Of a stretch of 64,000 nt of DNA, positions 1 to 8,742 are shown piece after piece; within the stretch, counting starts at the first letter, position 1; each line of letters starts with the position of its first letter. The position numbers and the translations under genes are program-made. The notes beneath the pieces are model-generated. The model was not told the origin of the DNA and searched no databases. It saw only the letters and a program-made list of their open reading frames with translations. Source of the stretch: an uncultured Candidatus Saccharibacteria bacterium (GTDB lineage: Bacteria; Patescibacteriota; Minisyncoccia; Phycocordibacterales; CAIJYI01); the NCBI GenBank assembly GCA_964410165.1, contig CAYPFT010000002.1, forward strand, positions 367-64,366. The letters are read 5' to 3'.

Positions 1-2
1 AG

Positions 3-911
3 AATCCGGATGCTTTTCGGGATATTTTGCGAAAGGTGAAAAAAGAACACCGTGTGAATTTCGCGCGCATATCTTTACCCGAATCATACGCCTACCACGT
101 GGAGATGGAGATTGCGAAGGTAAAGAAAAAAGAACTTCGAGAAAGCATAGAGCTCCAGCTTGAAGAATATGTGCCGCTGAAAGCCGCGGAAGTATTTTTT
201 GATTATGATATTGCGAAAATCGCGCCACAGAGGTCGGATAGTCTAACCGCTATCGTATCCGTCATCCCAAAAGACATCGCGCTTTCTTATATTGATGTCT
301 TCGCCTCCGCCGGAATAACGATTATTTCCATGGATGTGGATGCCAATGCGGTTGCGCGCGCGGTCATTCCGGAGGGTGACCCCGACACATTCATGATAGT
401 TGATCTGGGAAGAGTGAAAACCGGCGTGTATGTGGCGAGCCGAGGGTTCGTGCGTTTTTCGTCGGAAATCGAAATAGGGGGCAAGACGGTTGTTTCCGCG
501 ATAGAGAAAAACGTCGGCTGTTCGACGGAAGAGGCTCAGGCATTGAAAGAGTCATGTTACGGTGAAAATTTTTCCGAAGAGACAATGTCTGAAGCGGTAA
601 AGAAAAGCCTCGTTGCCGTTTTTTCCGATTTGGTTGAAGAAATAAACAAACATTTTGTGTACTGGCACACGCACAAAGACAAAAACGGCGCGGGGAGAGA
701 AAGGATTGAGAAAGTTATTCTTACCGGAACAGAATCGGTTCTGGTCGGCTTTCAAGATTATTTGGCGGGGGGGCTTCATGCGTCGGTTGATTTGGCAAAT
801 GTTTGGACGAATGTGTTTTCCTTCGACGAACACATCCCGAAAATAGGATATCACGAATCGCTTCGTTTTAGTACGGCAATAGGGCTTGCGCTCGCGCCGG
901 AAGAGAATTAG
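3..911 (+). CDS. pilM: Type IV pilus assembly protein PilM (5'-partial)
   Basis: Actin-like fold motifs VDLG..KT, IGGK and VILTG; frame is open to the window edge; followed by PilN/PilO-like genes. Confidence 0.85.
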   Translation, partial: NPDAFRDILRKVKKEHRVNFARISLPESYAYHVEMEIAKVKKKELRESIELQLEEYVPLKAAEVFFDYDIAKIAPQRSDSLTAIVSVIPKDIALSYIDVFASAGITIISMDVDANAVARAVIPEGDPDTFMIVDLGRVKTGVYVASRGFVRFSSEIEIGGKTVVSAIEKNVGCSTEEAQALKESCYGENFSEETMSEAVKKSLVAVFSDLVEEINKHFVYWHTHKDKNGAGRERIEKVILTGTESVLVGFQDYLAGGLHASVDLANVWTNVFSFDEHIPKIGYHESLRFSTAIGLALAPEEN

Positions 912-930
912 TTGCACCACGTTTCTTTCC

Positions 931-1518
931 ATGATTAATCTTTTACCAACGGCGGAAAAATATGTCATCCGCAAGGAATACCACTTGCGGGTCGTTACCG
1001 TGTGTTTCGCCATGTTTTCTTTCGTACTCGTCGTCATGGTGCTCTCGTATCTCCCAACCTATCTCGCCGTTGTTTCCCGGCACGAAACATTTTTAGCCGA
1101 AATGCAGAATGATAAAACGCAAGGGCGCATGTCTCAAATGAAAGAGATGGAGGCGGTAATTCAAGAAACAAATAAAAAAATTGACTTACTGAAGATCGGC
1201 GCGTCAAACCCCGATGTCCCCGGTATTTTTCTGAAGATATTGGAAAGCAAGACGGCGGGGCTCACCCTTACGGGGTTTTCGTACGACTTCGGGGGGTATG
1301 TGGCACAAAAAGGAAAAGAAGAAGCTGTTCCGATAAGCATCAGCGTGCAAGGAAGATCATCCGATCGCGCGGCACTCATTGCGTTTAAGGATGCTCTCGT
1401 TCAACAAAAAGAATTTAAGACGGTTGATCTTCCCATTTCAAGTTTAGTGAAAGAAACGGACTTGAGTTTTTCGATACGCATCTTAATGGCTTTGTCCGAC
1501 AAAAAACAAGCGCCATGA
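931..1518 (+). CDS. pilN: PilN-like pilus assembly protein
   Basis: N-terminal MINLLP motif, one TM helix and a coiled coil; lies directly after pilM. Confidence 0.75.
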   Translation: MINLLPTAEKYVIRKEYHLRVVTVCFAMFSFVLVVMVLSYLPTYLAVVSRHETFLAEMQNDKTQGRMSQMKEMEAVIQETNKKIDLLKIGASNPDVPGIFLKILESKTAGLTLTGFSYDFGGYVAQKGKEEAVPISISVQGRSSDRAALIAFKDALVQQKEFKTVDLPISSLVKETDLSFSIRILMALSDKKQAP

Positions 1519-2093
1519 ATAGCAAAAAAAACAAAAGGCTTCTCGCGGTATTTTTCTCGATTAACATCGTCTTGGTCGGCGTGTACGGGTATTTCATTTA
1601 TGCGGTGGAAACAAAAAACAAGGAAACGGCGGTGTTGTACGCCGCATTTCACCAAGCGGCTTCGGACAGAGAAAAAATCCAGGGATTTGAACGCGTACTG
1701 AAAGATACCGAGAAAGACCGCAACCAGCTTTCCGCTTATTTCATTACGAAAACAAATGAAGTAACATTCATAGAGCGGATAGAAAAAATCGGCAAAAGCG
1801 CGGGGGTGGCGTTGTCTGTGAATTCGGTTTCGGACAAAACGAAAGATAGCGGAGCGGTCGAGCTTAACTTTTCAACATCGGGGAAGTTTTCCGATATATA
1901 CCGCCTTATGGCGCTTATCGAGTCCATGCCGTATAAGGTAACGCTGAAGAAAGCCGATATAAGGAAAGCGATGGTCGTGGGGGGAGCGGGGTCGGAATGG
2001 AAAGGGGACTTTACTGTTGCCCTTGAAAGCGTCGTTGCGGTAAATACCAAAGTGGCGCCGCCGGAAGTTTTGGCACACACGGACAAAAAATAA
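1515..2093 (+). CDS. pilO: PilO-like pilus assembly protein
   Basis: N-terminal TM helix, coiled coil and G.F.DIYRLMALIESMPY pattern; overlaps the pilN stop codon. Confidence 0.7.
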   Translation: MNSKKNKRLLAVFFSINIVLVGVYGYFIYAVETKNKETAVLYAAFHQAASDREKIQGFERVLKDTEKDRNQLSAYFITKTNEVTFIERIEKIGKSAGVALSVNSVSDKTKDSGAVELNFSTSGKFSDIYRLMALIESMPYKVTLKKADIRKAMVVGGAGSEWKGDFTVALESVVAVNTKVAPPEVLAHTDKK

Positions 2094-2107
2094 AGGTAAT
2101 TATTATT

Positions 2108-2500
2108 ATGCCAAATCCATTTTCTCGATTTACCATACAAGACATCATTGACCGCGATGCGGAGAAACTTGAGCCGCATCCGCGCCGCGTATGGGCTGGC
2201 ATCTTTTTTGCCGAGATTGTTTTGATATTCTTTGTGCTGTTGGCCCACTCGTATGTATACAATTACATGCGCACCAACGGTTCTTTTCAGCAGGATGACA
2301 ACCCGCCGGCGGTGACGGGAGCAAAACTTAACCGCAAAGGACTCGCTGAAGTTACCGCAATGTTTGATAAAAAAAATGCCCGGTTTCAAGAACTTCTTCT
2401 CTCATCTCCAGCGGTGGCGGACCCCTCCGCGATGACCGCGACCCAAAACACTCCCGGGGGTATTTCCGTTCAGTCCGGAACGACAACCTCCGCGCAATAG
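2108..2500 (+). CDS. Hypothetical single-TM protein of the pil cluster
   Basis: 130-aa ORF with one hydrophobic segment, co-oriented with pilMNO. Confidence 0.6.
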   Translation: MPNPFSRFTIQDIIDRDAEKLEPHPRRVWAGIFFAEIVLIFFVLLAHSYVYNYMRTNGSFQQDDNPPAVTGAKLNRKGLAEVTAMFDKKNARFQELLLSSPAVADPSAMTATQNTPGGISVQSGTTTSAQ

Positions 2501-2567
2501 CGAACGATTGACTGGCGGTAGAAATGTTGTTAATGTGGAAGACATTCTCTTTGTGTATAGCGGTGAG

Positions 2568-2587
2568 TTTTCCTCCCATAGTTTAAT
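2568..2587 (+). repeat. 20-bp direct-repeat copy of the tRNA-Arg 5' end
   Basis: TTTTCCTCCCATAGTTTAAT is identical to 2738-2757. Confidence 0.85.
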
Positions 2588-2741
2588 CAAAAGAGGATAG
2601 CGAACGAAAACCATGAAGCCCGAAGCCCTAACAGGAATTCTGACTCACGCCACCACAGGAATTGGAAACGGCTGTCATTTGAGTTTCAGTGTATAGATAA
2701 GGGACGGGCATCATGCTTCAGAAGAGAACGGATAAAATTTT

Positions 2742-2813
2742 CCTCCCATAGTTTAATGGATAAAACGAAAGCCTTCTAAGCTTTAGATCCAAGTTCGATT
2801 CTTGGTGGGGGGA
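2742..2813 (+). tRNA. tRNA-Arg(TCT)
   Basis: Cloverleaf: acceptor CCTCCCA/TGGGGGG, anticodon arm AAAGC-CTTCTAA-GCTTT, T arm CCAAG-TTCGATT-CTTGG; CCA not encoded. Confidence 0.92.
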
Positions 2814-2893
2814 TGGTATACAAAAAATTGCAAAAAATGAGAAATGAGGTATTCTATTGCAGTACTTGGTGATATGGAAAACAAATAAATTAA

Positions 2894-2966
2894 GGGCGGT
2901 TAGCTCAGTTGGTAGAGCAATTCGTTTACACCGAAAAGGTCAGAGGTTCAAGTCCTCTACCGCCCA
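2894..2966 (+). tRNA. tRNA-Val(TAC)
   Basis: GGGCGGTTAGCTCAGTTGGTAGAGC start, anticodon loop TTTACAC, T arm AGAGG-TTCAAGT-CCTCT, 3' ACCGCCCA. Confidence 0.93.
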
Positions 2967-3360
2967 CAATAAAATCGTCCCGAAAGGGCGATTTTATTGT
3001 GGGCGGTAAGGAAGGCAACTGCTTGCCTTCCGTGAGGACTTGAAGGGCGCAGCGTTGTTTTTGTTTGCCCTGCAAGGGCAAGGCAAAAACCGCGAGCTGG
3101 GGAAGCGAAAAATTTCCGTCAGGAAATTTATTCGTTGACGATGTCCTCTACCGCCCACAAATTACAAAAATAGCGGAGAGACCGCCAAAGGGTGGACTCA
3201 CCGCATTTTTGAATTTGTGGGCGGTAAGTGAATGAACTGCTTCATTCACGTGAGGACTTGAACGACGGAGGCATGTTTTTTTCGAGGCCGGCAAAAACGG
3301 CCGAGTTGGTGCCCAGACAAACTTTTTCGCAAAAAAATTTAGTCGATGGAAAGACTTCTC
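2947..3360. repeat. Two tandem ~190-bp structured modules carrying sense and antisense copies of the tRNA-Val 3' end
   Basis: GTCCTCTACCGCCCACAA at 2952-2969 and 3143-3160; antisense TTGTGGGCGGTA..hairpin..TGAGGACTTGAA at 2997-3044 and 3215-3262. Confidence 0.85.
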
Positions 3361-3430
3361 TGTTGCAGGCGTGATTGGAAGGCTCGTGTTGTGTTTTTTA
3401 AATAAAGATATTTCGTGTATAATGTCTAAC

Positions 3431-4330
3431 ATGCCAGTCCAAAGTCTACAAAAAGCACAACAGTCAGTAACAGAGAATACCCTTCTAGAAATGGAACTTA
3501 GAACCATTTCCGCTGAAATTATACTCGGAGACTGCCTTGAAACTCTTAAAAGGGTGGAATCCAACTCTATTGATCTTATCGTTACATCTCCGCCGTATAG
3601 CGACCAAAGAAGCTCAACTTATGGGGGAATAAAAGCAGACAAATATGTAGAATGGTTTTTGCCAATAACAGGAGAACTTTTAAGAGTGCTGAAGCCAACA
3701 GGAACTTTTGTTTTGAATATAAAAGAAAAAGTTTCTGATGGCGAAAGACATACTTATACTCTTGAACTTATATTAGAAATGCGGAAACAAGGCTGGTTGT
3801 GGACGGAAGAATTTATTTGGCACAAAAAAAATTGTTACCCAGGAAAATGGCCGAATCGCTTCCGTGATGCATGGGAACGGCTTTTGCAGTTCAATAAAGA
3901 AAGAAAATTTAATATGTATCAAGATAATGTCATGGTACCTACGGGTGATTGGGCAAAAACAAGACTAAAAAAACTAAGCGAAACGGATAAAACGCGAGAT
4001 ACTTCTAAAGTAGGGAGTGGCTTCGGTAAAAACATCTCCAATTGGGTAGGTCGAGATATGGCATATCCAAGCAATGTGTTACATTTGGCGACCGAAAGCG
4101 GGAATAAAAATCACAGTGCCGCTTTTCCAAAGGAGTTGCCGAGGTGGTTTATCAAATTGTTTACTCAACCGGGTGATATGGTGCTAGACCCTTTTTTGGG
4201 TTCAGGTACTACGAGTGTCGTCGCAAAAGAAATGGGAAGAAATAGCATAGGTATAGAAATATTGGAAGATTATTATAATCTTGCAAAAGAAAATGTAGAT
4301 ACTACCCAAAACCAATGCGTTTTGTTTTAA
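3431..4330 (+). CDS. Site-specific DNA methyltransferase (N4-C/N6-A, beta class)
   Basis: Motif IV TSPPY precedes motif I DPFLGSGTT; start chosen 7 nt after TATAAT. Confidence 0.92.
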   Translation: MPVQSLQKAQQSVTENTLLEMELRTISAEIILGDCLETLKRVESNSIDLIVTSPPYSDQRSSTYGGIKADKYVEWFLPITGELLRVLKPTGTFVLNIKEKVSDGERHTYTLELILEMRKQGWLWTEEFIWHKKNCYPGKWPNRFRDAWERLLQFNKERKFNMYQDNVMVPTGDWAKTRLKKLSETDKTRDTSKVGSGFGKNISNWVGRDMAYPSNVLHLATESGNKNHSAAFPKELPRWFIKLFTQPGDMVLDPFLGSGTTSVVAKEMGRNSIGIEILEDYYNLAKENVDTTQNQCVLF

Positions 4331-4335
4331 AATAT

Positions 4336-5097
4336 ATGCCAAAGCTAGATTATATAGAAATAAATAAATATATTGCCGAGGAGGTTATGAAACCATTTTA
4401 TGAAATCAGGCTTAAGAAACTGACCGAATTAAACCTAAACGCTATTCTGAAAAGAAAAAACCCGTACTTGTTTAAAGCAAAAAACATTGAGACAAGCGGA
4501 GAATTCATCAAGTATATTTTAGACGCGTATCTTTCTTCACAGGAAGAAACAATGTTTGGGAATCTTCTGGAACATTTAGCAATATTTGTTTGCGGTAAAG
4601 CTTTTAAGGGAAGAAAAGCGGAACAGGGTTTGTTGAAAAGCGTTGATTTGGAATTTGAAAGAAATAAAAAATATTATATTGTCGGAATAAAGTCTGGGAT
4701 TTATTGGGGCAACAAGGACCAGATTGACAGAATGAAGTCGAATTTTAAACAGGCAAAAAAAGTACTGAAAAAAAGCGGGGTTTCAAAAGAGATTATCGCC
4801 ATTAACGGTTGTATTTACGGAAAGGACAATAAACCGTTCAAAGCAGATGCCGACCAAGAGCAGAATTATTATAAAATATGCGGACAAGAATTTTGGGAAT
4901 TAATCTCTGGCGACAACGAGCTTTACAAGAATATAATTTTACCTTTGGACAAAGAAGCAAAAAAGAGAAGCGACCACTTCAAGGAGGCATATGCGGAAAA
5001 AACCAATGAAATGGTTAAGGAATTTTCAGATTCTTTCTTAACAAAAAAAGGCGCAATTGACTGGGAAAAAATGATTGATTTTGTATCTAAAAAATAA
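4336..5097 (+). CDS. Type II restriction endonuclease (EcoO109I/PmeII-like family)
   Basis: KRKNPYLF, SSQEET.FG, VDLE and IKSG PD-(D/E)xK-like motifs; adjacent to the MTase; AT-rich. Confidence 0.8.
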   Translation: MPKLDYIEINKYIAEEVMKPFYEIRLKKLTELNLNAILKRKNPYLFKAKNIETSGEFIKYILDAYLSSQEETMFGNLLEHLAIFVCGKAFKGRKAEQGLLKSVDLEFERNKKYYIVGIKSGIYWGNKDQIDRMKSNFKQAKKVLKKSGVSKEIIAINGCIYGKDNKPFKADADQEQNYYKICGQEFWELISGDNELYKNIILPLDKEAKKRSDHFKEAYAEKTNEMVKEFSDSFLTKKGAIDWEKMIDFVSKK

Positions 5098-5228
5098 AAA
5101 ATTCGACAAACAAACCGTTTCGCCCGTGCTTGTCATCGAAGTAAACGATTCGTCCCAAGTAGGGGAAAAAAGAAAAATAAAATAATCAAAGTTGTGATAT
5201 AGCGGTTCCAACATCCAAACTCCCCACA

Positions 5229-5253
5229 ATAAAGGCGCCAATGGCGCCTTTAT
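5229..5253. terminator. Hairpin terminator between the convergent REase and sigma genes
   Basis: ATAAAGGCGCCA-A-TGGCGCCTTTAT inverted repeat. Confidence 0.6.
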
Positions 5254-5261
5254 ACGGTTTT

Positions 5262-6215
5262 TTAAGTATTCTTTAGAATTTCTCCCTTACACTGGCGCAG
5301 TTTCTTCAGCGCTTTTTCTTTAATTTGTCGAACATATTCGCCTGTTACGCCAATGTATTTCCCAACTTCCCGAAGCGTATGTTCATCATTTCCATTGAAT
5401 CCAAATAGGAGCTCGATAACCAACCGTTCTCGTGGCTCAAGACTGCTGAGAAGTTTCCCGAAGAATTCTTTTTGAGTATGAGAAGCGCAGTGTTCTTCGG
5501 GGGTGGATACACTGTTGTCCCGTATAACACGCGCCCACCCCTCATCGCTGTCTTCAGGGGATAAATCTTCTAACGAAAAATCGTTTGTTTTCCATGCGAG
5601 TTGGAGTAGCTCAATAGTTTTTGTGTCATCCTGAATGCCTAAGTATCGCATGGTTTCGTCGTCTGATGGTACGCGTCCGAGTTTTGTTTCAAGAACGTTT
5701 TTAGCGCGAAAATATACTCGCTTTTGTTGTTGAAGATGTACCGGGAGTCGAATAGTTTTCCCAAAATCCTCAATCGCTCGCGTTATCCGTTGGCGAATCC
5801 AATGGTCGGCATAAGTGGAAAACCTCCACCCAAGCTCAGGGTCAAATTTATCTACCGCACGCATTAATCCTATATTTCCTGCTTGGATAAGGTCGAGCAA
5901 CTCAAGCCCTCGGTTTTGGTATCGGTATGCGATATGGAGTACGAGGGTGAGGTTTGAGGTGATAAACTCAGTTCTTGCTTTTTGGTCGCCAGCTTTGATT
6001 TTTTTTGCCAGCGCTTTTTCTTGCTCGGCGGTGAGTTGCGGTGTTTTTGGGAACCCTGCCTTATAGAGATTTAAGATGTTGTAGGGAGGTATTTTTTTGG
6101 TATTCGTTTTTTTTGTGGTGAGTGGATTATTTTCCAAAATCGTTTCATCTTCGACGCTAGATTCCGGAATAAGTTCGGTATCAAAATCACCGGTAGTTTC
6201 AATAGGGAAAGACAT
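5262..6215 (-). CDS. RNA polymerase sigma-70 factor (RpoD/RpoS-like, lacking region 1.1)
   Basis: Region 2 DLIQAGNIGLMRAVDKFD..G.RFSTYA.WIRQ, RLPVH, region 4 TLREVG...GVT.E.VRQI. Confidence 0.92.
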   Translation of the reverse strand: MSFPIETTGDFDTELIPESSVEDETILENNPLTTKKTNTKKIPPYNILNLYKAGFPKTPQLTAEQEKALAKKIKAGDQKARTEFITSNLTLVLHIAYRYQNRGLELLDLIQAGNIGLMRAVDKFDPELGWRFSTYADHWIRQRITRAIEDFGKTIRLPVHLQQQKRVYFRAKNVLETKLGRVPSDDETMRYLGIQDDTKTIELLQLAWKTNDFSLEDLSPEDSDEGWARVIRDNSVSTPEEHCASHTQKEFFGKLLSSLEPRERLVIELLFGFNGNDEHTLREVGKYIGVTGEYVRQIKEKALKKLRQCKGEILKNT

Positions 6216-6340
6216 GGCAATTTCCTTTATTGGTAATGATCAGAAACTGTATTCATGTATACACCATACTTTTTGTTCCGTCAATTTTTTCGGGATATTT
6301 TCCCCTGCATTTTTTGCGACGCGTATGCTACTATAGCCTC

Positions 6341-7675
6341 ATGAAGCAAGCGTTAAAAACCCCTGTGCCGTTTTGGCTGGTCGTGCTCCTTCTTTTCGTG
6401 ATGGGCGCCGGAATGCTCATCCTTTTTTCTCTTTTTCGCCAAACTATTTTTAATTACGCGCTTTCTCTTCCTCCGGGCGCGGGCGGCAGGGCAGCCGTGT
6501 TTTCATACGGCGAACAGCCGGCGCTTTCCGATTCTGATTTTTTCAAAAAGACAAAAGACGGATTTATCGCGCAAAAAGCGAATTTCATCGAAGCGGATCT
6601 TTCGGAAATGAAGCTCCGCCTGTATACGGAGGGGGCGCTTATGAAAGAAGTCGCCATTCTGACGAAAGGAAAAGAAGGGTCGTGGTGGGAAACGCCGGCG
6701 GGAATTTATAAAATCGGGAACAAGGAGAAAAACCACTTTTCTTCATTCGGGAAAGTGTATCAGCCGTGGAGCATGACGTTCCAGGGAAATTTTTTCATCC
6801 ACGGCTGGCCGTATCATCCCGACGGGAGTCCGGTAGCATCCACGTATTCCGGCGGGTGCATTCGCCTTTCCGATGATGACGCGGAAAGCATTTTTGGGCT
6901 TGCAAGCGTCGGCATGCCGGTGCTTGTGTTTGAAAAAGATTTCGCCTCTGACGAATTTTCTTACCGCACCCGCACTCCTGACGTAAGCGCGACGACGTAC
7001 TTTGCGGCGGACATAAAGAACAATTTCGTATTTTTAGAAAAAAAGGCAAAAGAATCAACGGCGTTCGGCGATTTTTCACAACTGCTCGGAGCGCTCGTTG
7101 CGACGGATTACATTAATATTGAAAAGAAAATAATTTTGAGCGAGAAAGAGCTTTCCGGCGCGGAAGACGGGCATCTTATCGCCGGCGGCGAAGTAACGCC
7201 TTATGATCTCCTTCACCTCGGGATTGTCGGCACATCCACCGCCGCTACTCGCGTATTTTCCAATATGTTGGGAGAGAAACGCTTTGCATCGCTCGTGAAC
7301 GATAAAGCGCACTCGGTTGGAATGAGCCACACGACGGGCGGCGAGACAACTCCGGAAGACTTGTTTTATCTCGCAAAGTATATTTACCATAGCCGAAATT
7401 TCATATTCAAAATGAGCGCGGGCGACCTCAAAAGCGCCACGTATGGCGAATCAAAATTCAAAGACGTTCCGAACGGCAATCTTTTTTCAGAAGATCCGAG
7501 CTTTTTCGGCGGGAAGCGCCAGGTTTCAAGCGACGGCACGGAAAGATTCATGGGCGTGTTCAATCTGGAAATAGGTGGCGAGACAAGACCGATATTTATT
7601 TTTCTCGACGGTTCATTAAGCATCACGGAAGACATGCCGTCCATGATACAATATATACGAGGTTCTTATCGGTAA
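6341..7675 (+). CDS. L,D-transpeptidase (YkuD) fused to a degenerate D-Ala-D-Ala carboxypeptidase (S11)-like domain
   Basis: N-terminal TM helix; ETPAG, FFIHGW and SGGCIRL YkuD motifs; C-terminal half resembles S11 but lacks SxxK. Confidence 0.8.
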   Translation: MKQALKTPVPFWLVVLLLFVMGAGMLILFSLFRQTIFNYALSLPPGAGGRAAVFSYGEQPALSDSDFFKKTKDGFIAQKANFIEADLSEMKLRLYTEGALMKEVAILTKGKEGSWWETPAGIYKIGNKEKNHFSSFGKVYQPWSMTFQGNFFIHGWPYHPDGSPVASTYSGGCIRLSDDDAESIFGLASVGMPVLVFEKDFASDEFSYRTRTPDVSATTYFAADIKNNFVFLEKKAKESTAFGDFSQLLGALVATDYINIEKKIILSEKELSGAEDGHLIAGGEVTPYDLLHLGIVGTSTAATRVFSNMLGEKRFASLVNDKAHSVGMSHTTGGETTPEDLFYLAKYIYHSRNFIFKMSAGDLKSATYGESKFKDVPNGNLFSEDPSFFGGKRQVSSDGTERFMGVFNLEIGGETRPIFIFLDGSLSITEDMPSMIQYIRGSYR

Positions 7676-7694
7676 CATATTCACACCAAAAAGT

Positions 7695-7955
7695 ATGAAA
7701 GAAATAATTTTGGAGGAACTTTCGTCGCCGGGGTGCCACAACTGCGCCGAGTTTGAAAAGTGGTGGCACACTATTGAGAGCGAATGGCCGAATGTAAAGG
7801 TCAAGAAAATAAGCATTCTCGACCCCGAAGGGCAGGAGCTCGCGGGGAAGCACATGATCATGGCGTCGCCCGGCATTATTTTGAATGGCGAACTCTTTTG
7901 CACCGGCGGGGTGGATAAGGCGAAGCTTGTGGCGAAATTGAAGGAGTTGTCGTAA
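7695..7955 (+). CDS. Thioredoxin/glutaredoxin-like protein
   Basis: SPGCHNC CxxC motif and ASPGIILNG. Confidence 0.85.
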   Translation: MKEIILEELSSPGCHNCAEFEKWWHTIESEWPNVKVKKISILDPEGQELAGKHMIMASPGIILNGELFCTGGVDKAKLVAKLKELS

Positions 7956-7967
7956 GTTTGTAAAAAA

Positions 7968-8375
7968 TTAGAGCATTTCCACTGTAATTTCCCGCACTTT
8001 TTTGAGCGCTTTATCGTTTGTGATGAATTTTTTCGCTCCGGCGTCAATCGCGGTCGCTATATGAATGGCATCCGGGGTTGTGATGCTGTATTTCGCGCGA
8101 AGGTCGGAGGAAAGCCAGACGATGCGCTCGTTTATTCCGATAATGGAGAGGTTTGGAAATTTTCGAAGGCGATATTCATATTCCGCCGCAATGTTCGCCC
8201 GCCCTTTCTTTTTTGGGCCCGTCAATATCTCAATCATGCCAATCACGGAAAAAACGCCTTTGTATTTCCCGCTTTCTATGGCGTGGAGGACTTTTGCGGA
8301 TGGTGCGAGATACGCCGGATTCTCCTCAAAAAGATAGATAAAGAGGGAAGTATCAAGCGCGATTATTTTTTCCAT
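7968..8375 (-). CDS. vapC: VapC PIN-domain toxin
   Basis: LDTS, PDAIHIATA and FITND PIN motifs. Confidence 0.9.
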   Translation of the reverse strand: MEKIIALDTSLFIYLFEENPAYLAPSAKVLHAIESGKYKGVFSVIGMIEILTGPKKKGRANIAAEYEYRLRKFPNLSIIGINERIVWLSSDLRAKYSITTPDAIHIATAIDAGAKKFITNDKALKKVREITVEML

Positions 8376-8605
8376 GATGCGCGTTCTGTTTTAATATATT
8401 TCTCCGTACCCCCAAGCGACCGCCACACGTCTTTTCCGAGTCCCGAAAGCGCGGATACGGGGTTGGTGTGAGAACGCACAAGAACCGCTTTATCTTTATC
8501 CACCATATGCACCGAAACCTCCTCGCCCGCGCGAAGCCCCATGCCTTTTCGCACGGCTTTTGGAATGACGACCTGATATTTTGTCGAGAGCGTGGTGACG
8601 GGCAT
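8363..8605 (-). CDS. AbrB/MazE-family antitoxin
   Basis: KYQVVIPKAVR..GL..GE motif; overlaps the PIN gene. Confidence 0.88.
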   Translation of the reverse strand: MPVTTLSTKYQVVIPKAVRKGMGLRAGEEVSVHMVDKDKAVLVRSHTNPVSALSGLGKDVWRSLGGTEKYIKTERASWKK

Positions 8606-8742
8606 AATGTTTTTTTGTTTAGCCTAATATGTTTTACATTATACTAAAAGTAAAACGATAGTCAAGCTGCGGATAGGCGAAGTTTTTAGTGAAATTGAAG
8701 GAGCTCTCATAGAGGATAAGATTTTGTGCTATACTCGGAGTG

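Noticed and set aside
2947-3360. Possible CRISPR array after tRNA-Val
   Set aside because: Only two units with a ~190-bp period; the repeats derive from the tRNA; no cas genes in the window
3148-3564. 138-aa minus-strand ORF
   Set aside because: Runs through the structured repeat and antisense to the MTase; no protein features
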